Below, piece by piece: positions 29,526 through 37,426 of a stretch of 64,000 bases of DNA (position 1 is the stretch's first letter; the number at the start of each line of letters is the position of its first letter). The position numbers were made by a program, and so were the translations under genes. This stretch comes from Terriglobia bacterium (GTDB lineage Bacteria; Acidobacteriota; Terriglobia; JAJPHL01; JAPKYU01), in the NCBI GenBank assembly GCA_965223005.1, contig CBDCVK010000002.1, positions 256,001 through 320,000 of the forward strand, read 5' to 3'. The notes beneath the pieces were generated by a model. It was given only the letters and a program-made list of their open reading frames with translations, ran no database searches and was not told the origin of the DNA.

Positions 29526-30390
29526 ATGAAACTCAAGCTCTCTTGCGCCGATTTCACATTCCCACTCGTAACCCACAAGCAGTCGTTGGATCTGGTCTCC
29601 ATGCTTGGATTCGAGGGAGTCGATATCGGGCTGTTTGAGGGCCGATCGCACCTTCAGCCTTCCCGAGAGTTCCGGTCACTGGCACGCTCGGCACGTACAC
29701 TCACCGGGAAAGTCGAGGATCGCGGACTGAAAGTGGCCGGCGTGTTCCTGCAAACGGACATAACGCCTGAGCGTTACGCACTCAATCACCCACAGCCCCG
29801 TCGGCGTGAAAAGGCGCGGGATTGGTTTCTTAGAACACTGGAGTATGCTAATCGCTGCAACTCAAAGCATGTCACCTTCAATGCCGGAGTGCCGTTTAAG
29901 GATGAGTCCAGATCTGCATCTTACGGGCGCAGTGTGGACGAACTTCCGTGGTATCTCAAGCAGGCGCAGGCTCACGGCATCATCGCTGGTGTCGAACCTG
30001 GAATTGGCTCGATCGCGTCACGTCCCATGCAGGCGGAGGAGTTGGTCCGAGATGTTCCTGGGCTGACCTTAACGCTCGACTACACCCACTTCACACGGAC
30101 TGGGCTACCGGACAAGCAGGTGGAGCCTCTGCTTGCCCATGCCAGTCACTTCCACGTGCGTGGCGCATGTAAAGGAAGACTCCAAGTGAACTTCAACGAC
30201 AACGTCATCGACTACCGGCGCGTGCTTAGACGGATGAAGGAAGTCGGTTATTCCGGTTGGCTCTGCATCGAGTATGTACACCTCGAATGGGAGCGACTAC
30301 GAATGGGAGCGGTGCACCGAAAGCGACAATCTTTCAGAAACCATCCTCTTCCGCGACTTCATCAAGCAGGCGATGGGAGAAATGTCGTGA
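29526..30390 (+). pseudogene. Sugar phosphate isomerase/epimerase with a 16-nt duplication frameshifting the C-terminus
   Basis: GVEP, LTLDYTHF, HFHVRG, LCIEY; removing one CGAATGGGAGCG+ACTA unit restores ...EWERCTESDNLSETILFRDFIKQAMGEMS* (TGA 30388-30390). Confidence 0.75.
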
Positions 30391-30455
30391 GACGATCATC
30401 TGCGAGAACCCGACGGGGTCTGCCCTAGACGGTCTGAGTCAGCGACCCGAAGCCC

Positions 30456-31352
30456 TCAGTTAGCGAGTCCAACAGATCGCAAATGCTCGAGATTGGCACG
30501 AGCGTCGTCGCTCGGAAGCGTGGCTCCTGCCGGATCGCAATCCTGCTCGACCGTGCCCCAGCCTGAGAAGCCGGCTTGGATCAGCGCGGCCTTGAACGCT
30601 GTGAAATCAACCTCGCCCTTGCCCAGTATGCAGAACAGGCCCTGACCGCAGGCGTCATAAAAGCCGATCTGGTTGGCCACGACATGCGCCCGAACCGCGG
30701 GGTCGATGTCCTTGAAATGCAGATATTCAACCCGTGCGCTGTGGCGCGTGTAGAATGCGATCGGATCAAATCCGGCGTAAATACAGTGACCGGTGTCGAG
30801 ACAGATTTTCATAAGCGAAGCGTCGACCGCATCGAGCATCCGCTCCAGCTCATCCTCAAATTCGACAAACCCGGCGGCGTGGGCGTGTAGCGAAACAGTT
30901 AAGCCGAATTCTTCCGCACCGATCTTGGCGGCGCTGCGCAGACGGTCTTGGAAAGAACTCAGCTCTGCGCCCTTCATGCGCCTCGCTTCAGCAGGCCGCC
31001 CTGCGGTCGGCGCGCGCTCGGCTGCAATCGAATCGATCAGCACCATCCGTGGCGCTCCATGAGCGGCGAGCGATTTGCAGGTGCGGCGCACAGCATGCTG
31101 CACTTGGTCCCATGCCGCAGGATCATGGAACGGCCGGAACACAACGCCGCCTATCAGGGCCAACCCGCGCGATTTCAACGCGTCACCCAATTGCGCAGGA
31201 TTCTCGGGCATGAAGCCGATCGGCCCGAGTTCGATACCCTCATAGCCTGCCTGCAGGGTTTCATCGAGCACCAGCTCCCACGGCGGATTGCGCGGATCGT
31301 CAGCGAATTCCACGCCCCAGGAGCATGGGGCGTTCCCTATGCGAAGTTTCAT
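30456..31352 (-). CDS. Inosose dehydratase (IolE/MocC)-like TIM barrel protein
   Basis: IGNAPCSWGVE, GIELGP, SLHAH, ICLDTGH, YLHFKD, TVEQD. Confidence 0.82.
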   Translation of the reverse strand: MKLRIGNAPCSWGVEFADDPRNPPWELVLDETLQAGYEGIELGPIGFMPENPAQLGDALKSRGLALIGGVVFRPFHDPAAWDQVQHAVRRTCKSLAAHGAPRMVLIDSIAAERAPTAGRPAEARRMKGAELSSFQDRLRSAAKIGAEEFGLTVSLHAHAAGFVEFEDELERMLDAVDASLMKICLDTGHCIYAGFDPIAFYTRHSARVEYLHFKDIDPAVRAHVVANQIGFYDACGQGLFCILGKGEVDFTAFKAALIQAGFSGWGTVEQDCDPAGATLPSDDARANLEHLRSVGLAN

Positions 31353-31508
31353 CTTGGTCTCTCGTATGATCCAGTTCTCTAACGAACGTAAGCCGCGACG
31401 CGGGAAGGGTCAACCCATCTCCAACATAATCTTCAACTACAAGTAACCACTAGGACCTCCGATGATCAAAGCTGGTGTAGAGGCGCATCGCCTTGTTATG
31501 CACTGGAG

Positions 31509-32228
31509 CTACTTCACCTTTTGCCACACGAAGAACTTTTCGGTATCAGTCATTCCCAAAGGGGAGAAACCAGCATCAGCAAGCATTTCTGGAAACACTG
31601 TGTGTTTGTAGAATCCCAAGGTCAACTTGTCTTCTGCAAGGAGTGTTCCGTTTCTCTTGAAGGAATAGTCCTTCTCGAGGAAATAGTGGTCGGAGGTGCC
31701 GTTGCGACCCTCAACTTTTTGGGAATAGACAATCCCATCGACCAAGTCGATGTCACGGTCTTCGTGGGGCTTCTGGACGCTTAACAACAAGAGCCCACCG
31801 GCATCAAGATGCTCAGCGACGTTTTGCAATCCTTTGAAGTCCTTTTCACGGCTGAGCAGATGTGTTCCCAGCAGCAACTCTTTGTCCGACCGGATTATGA
31901 CCCACGTACCGCCGCTCGATAGGGCAACATCAAATGTGCGGTCAAGGTTCATTTCGGCAACATCGCATTCTATGAGTGAAACTCGACTGGGTAGACGCTC
32001 CTTAGCAATCTCCAGCATCGAGGGACTGAAATCTACGCCGGTAAAATGGTAGGACGAATCGAGTTTACATAGCTCTCGTGCCAATAGCCCCGTCCCCACG
32101 CCAAGTTCAAGCACCCTTCTACGTTCGCCGATCGTGGCTTGAACGACTCTGGCCAACGATTCGTGATCGTAGTAGCCGGCACCCATCAACAGATCGTAGT
32201 ATCGGGCGATGCTCTTGTACTGATTCAT
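31509..32228 (-). CDS. Class I SAM-dependent methyltransferase
   Basis: AAGGAG RBS; YYDLLM, VLELGVGTG, GVDFSPSML, FDVAL, HLDAGGLL; visibly lower GC than neighbours. Confidence 0.9.
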   Translation of the reverse strand: MNQYKSIARYYDLLMGAGYYDHESLARVVQATIGERRRVLELGVGTGLLARELCKLDSSYHFTGVDFSPSMLEIAKERLPSRVSLIECDVAEMNLDRTFDVALSSGGTWVIIRSDKELLLGTHLLSREKDFKGLQNVAEHLDAGGLLLLSVQKPHEDRDIDLVDGIVYSQKVEGRNGTSDHYFLEKDYSFKRNGTLLAEDKLTLGFYKHTVFPEMLADAGFSPLGMTDTEKFFVWQKVK

Positions 32229-32963
32229 GTCGTTCGACTCCTTCCGTGCATATGGCTGCAACTGCTCACAAAATTCAGAGGCTTCAGTTCCATTCGGGGA
32301 CATGCGTCCGGAATCTCATGCGGACCGGCTGGTCCGCATATTTCCTGGTTCTCCCTGGGCTCTCCATTGAAAGAGCCTGCTCCATCTGGTCCAGAGGGCT
32401 TTGACCCCTCGCCTGCCACGGTTCAACACGTGTGTGTTGTCCCTCGTGGTCTACGTCCTTGTGCCTCAGCAGCTCGTTCACTGGCCAGGGCACCGTCTAT
32501 CATCCTCCTCCTCACTTCGCGAGTCAAGGGAGCCCGCGCCGTTCTCCGCTCCTTGGCTGTCGCCGAGATATCGCCTTGTTCTTGCACTGCCCGTTTTCTC
32601 TCCAACACCTTCAAACTCAGGCTCACCCGTATCTTCGAGGCGGAAGTGGGCCACGAAGTCACGAAGAGCCAATGATGGGGAAGCCCCCGGCGTTGGCAGT
32701 TTCGCCCAGGGCCCCGATGGTTTCCGGTTTGTTGACGGTCCAGACAAAAGAACAATCACCGTTCCCCCACCGGCATGAGGTAGAGGGGCATGACGCAGTT
32801 CCTCCGACCCGATAGTATTCCTTTCTCCCAGGGGTCTGTCGAGCAGAGTGGGAAAGTACCACGAATTGGGCTCAAGGAGGGGCTTGCGACTGTTCGTGTA
32901 GACATTGGTGTGGACAGAGGGAGTGTTAGGCCAACTATCGAATTGCTAAGCCAAAGAAAGGAA

Positions 32964-33009
32964 TGGTGGACCTGGCCGGGTTCGAACCGGCGACCTCCTG
33001 ACTGCCAGT
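32964..33009 (-). repeat. 46-bp duplicate of the tRNA-Ala 3' half (att site)
   Basis: Identical to 34714-34759 (anticodon loop through CCA); the flanking AGAAAGGA is also shared. Confidence 0.92.
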
Positions 33010-33455
33010 TCACTTGGCTCATGAATACGGACTGGTACCGAGTGTGCTGGAAGGCCTGTCTGTTGCGGGTTTCCTGCGACATCGCAAAGTCCGTGACGCT
33101 CCGTAGCAGTCCGTAATCTGTCGTATTCCAGCAGAGGTTGCGACACAATCCCCGACCGTGAGCCTGCCGTGGGGTAGGGCGCACAGGTGGTCTAGCCACC
33201 CCTCGATGGCGCGGATCCTGGGCCGCTGGCAACGGCACATCGCACCACGATCACACCGCATGCGAGGCTTCCGGCTCGCGGGCAGGGCGAGGGTCCTGAT
33301 GGTACCAGCCCGAGCCCGAATCTTGAAATTCGGAATGACATTTAGGAATATAAATGACGCCCGCTACGCCCATTGCCGTGGCTGGACTGCACTGCCGCCA
33401 TTGACAAGCCTGGAACCGCTCCTGATACTGAAAGACCGCGAGAGGAGGAACGCGC

Positions 33456-33722
33456 GTGATCAGAGCCGACATCGTGAGCGAGGTGGTAAGCCGCACCGGG
33501 ATCACCAAGACCAAGGCGGAGCAGGCTGTCGAAACCGTATTCGAAAGCATGAAGAAGGCCCTGGAGCGCGGCAACCGGATCGAGTTACGTGGCTTTGGAG
33601 TCTTCAACGTGAAGCCGCGTAAAACGGGCATCGGACGCAATCCCCGCACGGGCGACGTGGTCAACATCCGTCCGGGCAAGGCTGTTCGTTTCAAACCGGG
33701 CAAGCAGCTTCAGACTCTCTAG
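33456..33722 (+). CDS. hup: HU/IHF family DNA-binding protein
   Basis: GAGGAGG RBS, GTG start; IELRGFGVFNVKPRKTGIGRNPRTG...VRFKPGK. Confidence 0.93.
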   Translation: MIRADIVSEVVSRTGITKTKAEQAVETVFESMKKALERGNRIELRGFGVFNVKPRKTGIGRNPRTGDVVNIRPGKAVRFKPGKQLQTL

Positions 33723-33773
33723 CTGGGAATTCCCTCTCCAGCTAAAGGCCCTGGAACCTTGAATGGCTTCTAC

Positions 33774-33803
33774 AGCGTAATGCGCCCGAGCGTAATGCGC
33801 CCG
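33774..33803. repeat. 15-bp perfect tandem duplication
   Basis: AGCGTAATGCGCCCG x2 between the HU and EthD genes. Confidence 0.85.
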
Positions 33804-33830
33804 AATCCGAGCAGGTATGGAGGTAAAGAA

Positions 33831-34145
33831 ATGGTTAGGTTGGTTGTCCTTTACCCTAACAAGCCCGGTGCGAAATTCGACCTCAAGTACTACACTGAGA
33901 CACACCTCAAGCTGGTCAGAGAGAAACTCAAGCCATTTGGATTAGTCCGGATCGACTTTGACAAAGGCGTTTCTGGATCGACTGCTGACGCACCCGCGCC
34001 CTTCCTGGTCATGGCAATGCTTTTATTCAATTCCATTGACGATTTGAAAAAGGGGTTGGGAGCACACGGCGAGGAGTTGAGAGCCGACATACCTAACTTC
34101 ACCGACATCAAGCCAGAGAGACAAGTAAACGAGGTCGTAAGCTAA
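33831..34145 (+). CDS. EthD family protein
   Basis: GGAGG RBS; VVLYP...FDLKYYTETHL...ADIPNFTDIKP. Confidence 0.88.
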   Translation: MVRLVVLYPNKPGAKFDLKYYTETHLKLVREKLKPFGLVRIDFDKGVSGSTADAPAPFLVMAMLLFNSIDDLKKGLGAHGEELRADIPNFTDIKPERQVNEVVS

Positions 34146-34500
34146 ATCTGCTGCGCCGCTTGAACCTCCCGGACTAAGCGGACCGGCCAGACTTGCCTTT
34201 CAGGTGACACGGTGGTGGAAAGTTCCACGTCTGTCTTCATTCGTCCGCTCCTCTTAATCGCGTCATCCGTTTCACGATGTCTGGAACGACTGTGAACCGA
34301 GGTTGCGGTTTTTATTCTGCGGACTTGATCGTGAAGCGAACCACGCAGTCGGATTCTGACGTGCCTCGCGATACGCAAAGATGGTGTTCACAGGATAATT
34401 CCGGGCAGACTTCACCGTAGCCGACAGTCTGCTCGGGTCTAAGTATCTGATTACAAGGCACTTGAATCAGATCCGGCGGATTCAAACTAGAGCACTACCG

Positions 34501-34640
34501 AGCGTTCACAAGCTGGCGCAGGCTGCGGGCGAAGCGGTCGTACCTGTAGACCACCACCGCCATCCACGCGACGCTTGCGGACGGCGCTCACGTCGCCCAG
34601 GAAGCGGGCGAGCCAAGTAGGGATGGGCGGTTTTCTCCCC
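34501..34640 (-). pseudogene. Serine recombinase (resolvase) catalytic-domain remnant
   Basis: 34560-34501 translates AVVVYRYDRFARSLRQLVNA (DRxxR motif); upstream ENRPSL and KRRVD in other frames. Confidence 0.7.
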
Positions 34641-34713
34641 CGCTTTTATTACCTGTTTGTTGCCTTTACCAAGGGAAGCCGAGAATGATAGTCATACAAA
34701 TTATAGAAAGGAT

Positions 34714-34789
34714 TGGTGGACCTGGCCGGGTTCGAACCGGCGACCTCCTGACTGCCAGTCAGGCGCGCTCCCAACTGCGCCACAGGCCC
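34714..34789 (-). tRNA. tRNA-Ala (anticodon GGC)
   Basis: 76 nt GGGCCTGTGGCGCAGTTGGGAGCGCGCCTGACTGGCAGTCAGGAGGTCGCCGGTTCGAACCCGGCCAGGTCCACCA; cloverleaf, G3-U70 pair, TTCGAA loop, encoded CCA. Confidence 0.97.
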
Positions 34790-34919
34790 ATCTACGAGTT
34801 GCGGACAGCCGCCATCAGACTGTAGCGCGCAGCAGCATTTTCTCGTCGTCTGACAAATTTTCTGCCACCTGTGTTGGTTTCCGATCGCGCGAGAGCCCGC
34901 CTCGGGGTCCCGGCCACCG

Positions 34920-35120
34920 CTGCATGTACCTCGGTGATATTACCACACTGCTGGGCCCGGCGATTCGTCCAACGGTAGAGGCATCGGCCCCAGACTCAGC
35001 CACGAGCGTTAGCATCGTATGCCTGAGAGAGTGAACCGCAAAGTCGTCCGGCAGATCTTAGGATTGCCTTTCTGTGAGAAGTTCCCGTACTTTGGCGTGT
35101 TGCTTATCGAAGGCGCGCGC
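34920..35120 (-). pseudogene. Tyrosine integrase catalytic C-terminal remnant
   Basis: AFDKQHAKVRELL...*DLPDDFAVHSLRHTMLT...SGADASTVGRIAGPSSVVISPRYM: HxLRH and terminal Tyr present, GH changed to GP, in-frame stop. Confidence 0.8.
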
Positions 35121-35266
35121 TGCTTAATCTTCATTCCCCGAGCACACTCTTGCTCCAAATATCATGATCCAACCCTATAACTAGTCTGCGCGCCATGCGT
35201 CTGGGGAGGCAACCTCACCCTCTTCAGTCATTGGCCTGTTGTAGGCAATTAACGCTTGAGACGTGA

Positions 35267-36235
35267 CTAAGGAAGGAGGAGGATTTTACCACTAGTCAGG
35301 CGCGACGCCAGGCGACGATGCGCCTCAGCAGCCTCCGCCAGAGGATAGGTTTCTCCGATGTGGACTTTCACCTTTCCCGAACTTACCCAGTCAAATACCT
35401 TCGAGGAGCGCTCAAGCAGCGCCTCTCGTGTTGCTATGTAGTTAACCAGGCTCGGTCGGGTCAGAAACAGGGAACCCTTGGCACCCAGCGTAAGCGGCTC
35501 GATGCCAGGCACTGGACCGCTGGCATTCCCGAAAAAGACCAACGTCCCAAGGGGCCGAAGACAATTCAGGCTCCCTTCCCAGGTTGCCTTTCCGACCGAG
35601 TCGTACACGACGTCCACGCCTCGTCCATCGGTAAGACGCTTGACCTCGGCGACGAAGTCTTGCTCAGTGTAGAGGATAACTTCGTCCGCGCCTGCTTGGC
35701 GGACACGCGCGGCTTTGTCTGGAGTCGAGCATGTGCCAATGACGCGCGCACCGCGCATTTTTGCCACCTGTACCAAAACCAGGCCCACACCACCGGCTGC
35801 TGCGTGGACCAGAGCGGTGTGGCCGTTCTTGAGCGGGAAGGTCGAATACGTCAGGTAGTGAACCGTCATGCCCTGCAGCATGACCGCTGCCGCCGTCCGG
35901 GCGTCGATTTCGTCCGGGAGCTTGACGAGCCTAGCGGCAGGAACCACGCTGTACTCCGCATAAGAACCGAGCACGCCGGTGCACGCGACGCGGTCCCCGG
36001 GCTGGAAGTCGGTGACTTCGGTGCCGACGGCCGTGATAACACCGGCTCCTTCCTGGCCGTTGGTAAACGGCAAGGTAGACTTATAAAGCCCGGTGCGAAA
36101 GTAAATATCGACGAAATTCACGCCGGCGGCTGCCGTTTTGACAACCGCGTCCTTCGGACCTGCCGAGAGATCGGGCACCTCTTCCAACCGAAGAACTTCG
36201 GGACCGCCAGTCTTGTGAACGCGAACCGCTTTCAT
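35267..36235 (-). CDS. qor: NADPH:quinone oxidoreductase (zeta-crystallin-like MDR)
   Basis: GGPEVL, GVNFVD, GQEGAG, VHAAAGGVG, VVYDSVG, GSLFLTRP, SGKILL. Confidence 0.92.
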   Translation of the reverse strand: MKAVRVHKTGGPEVLRLEEVPDLSAGPKDAVVKTAAAGVNFVDIYFRTGLYKSTLPFTNGQEGAGVITAVGTEVTDFQPGDRVACTGVLGSYAEYSVVPAARLVKLPDEIDARTAAAVMLQGMTVHYLTYSTFPLKNGHTALVHAAAGGVGLVLVQVAKMRGARVIGTCSTPDKAARVRQAGADEVILYTEQDFVAEVKRLTDGRGVDVVYDSVGKATWEGSLNCLRPLGTLVFFGNASGPVPGIEPLTLGAKGSLFLTRPSLVNYIATREALLERSSKVFDWVSSGKVKVHIGETYPLAEAAEAHRRLASRLTSGKILLLP

Positions 36236-36487
36236 TGGAATTCTGGTTTGAGCTTCGCCTACAAAAGCATACGCCAGCAGCCATGTCAAACCAAAACTCA
36301 GATCACCATGGCCCGTCCCGGATGGCATCGCCGCTCAGAATCGATTGCGTTAGTCCAAAACCTGCGCGTTGACTTGGCAGAGGGTGGGGCGTAACATGGC
36401 CATTCTCAATCTGGCCATCCGCAATCTACCCAAGCGAAGACCGGGCCGGCCAAGAGGCGCGGCTGCGCGCGCGCAAGGAGGGAACCT

Positions 36488-37357
36488 ATGAAAAACTCTG
36501 TCTTGATCATGCTCCTGTGGCTTCTTGTTCTCAGCACGGGCCCAGCAATGGCCCAGCGAGACTTCTCCAAGGTCGAGATCAAAGCTACCCATGTGAGAGG
36601 CAATATTTACATGTTGAATGGCACAGGTGGAAACATCGGGGCTTCGGTCGGCGCAGATGGGATTCTCATCGTCGACGACAAGTTCGCCCCGTTGGCGGAC
36701 AAAATCCGGGCGGCCCTGAGCGATATTGGTGGTGGCGAACTCAAATTCGTTCTCAATACTCACTTCCATGGTGATCACGCGGGTGGGAACGAGGTGTTTG
36801 GGCCAGAAGCTCCGATCATTGCTCATGCCAACGTTCGAAAACGCCTGATGACAAAGCCAAAAGCAGCTTGGCCCGTGATTACGTTCGATGAATCTCTGTC
36901 GGTTCACTTCAACGGCGAGGAAATCAAGGCAATCCACTTTCCTCATGGGCATACGGATGGCGATACTGTCATGTTCTTCACCGGATCGAACGTCGTCCAC
37001 ATGGGGGATGATTTTTTCGTCGGACGATTCCCGTTCGTTGACCTGGACGCTGGCGGAGACGTCGAGGGTCTCATCGGGAATATTGAAGCGGTGATCCGCC
37101 AACTTCCCGCCGATGTGAAGATCATTCCGGGGCACGGGGCGATTGCCACGGCGAATGATCTAAAAACCTATCATCGCATGCTGGTTGAGACGACCGGCGT
37201 CATTCGGCAGCGGATGGCTGCGGGGAAAAGCGTCGATCAAATCAAGGCGCAAGGACTGCCCGAGAAATGGGAGCCGTGGGGTGCTGGGTTTATTTCAACC
37301 GACCGATGGATTGAGACCATTCACCGGAGTCTCTCTCGGAAAAGGATCAATCAGTAA
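36488..37357 (+). CDS. Secreted MBL-fold metallo-hydrolase (cyclase-like)
   Basis: Signal peptide; NTHFHGDHAGGN, GHTDGD, HMGDD, IIPGHG. Confidence 0.9.
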   Translation: MKNSVLIMLLWLLVLSTGPAMAQRDFSKVEIKATHVRGNIYMLNGTGGNIGASVGADGILIVDDKFAPLADKIRAALSDIGGGELKFVLNTHFHGDHAGGNEVFGPEAPIIAHANVRKRLMTKPKAAWPVITFDESLSVHFNGEEIKAIHFPHGHTDGDTVMFFTGSNVVHMGDDFFVGRFPFVDLDAGGDVEGLIGNIEAVIRQLPADVKIIPGHGAIATANDLKTYHRMLVETTGVIRQRMAAGKSVDQIKAQGLPEKWEPWGAGFISTDRWIETIHRSLSRKRINQ

Positions 37358-37426
37358 AACGTTTACGCAATAAACGTCTGCGCGGGAAGCTTTGGTAGGA
37401 AAGACACATCGCTGCCTCACTTACGA

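Noticed and set aside
32720-32830. c-di-AMP (ydaO) riboswitch resemblance on minus (GAAT...CGGAGGAAC...CCGTCAACAAACC)
   Set aside because: The GCUGAAU 5' motif and its pairing partner are missing; similarity is fragmentary. A cmscan hit would be needed.
32964-33040. Second tRNA-Ala gene
   Set aside because: Only the 3' 46 nt are present; no D-arm or 5' acceptor strand.
35318-36394. Long antisense ORFs over qor (also over the peroxidase, glyQ, ppdK, GH2 and tal genes)
   Set aside because: Expected from high GC3; no motifs or RBS.
36397-36426. Imperfect 15-bp tandem repeat between divergent qor and MBL genes
   Set aside because: Two copies only, no spacers; may be an operator but there is no further support.
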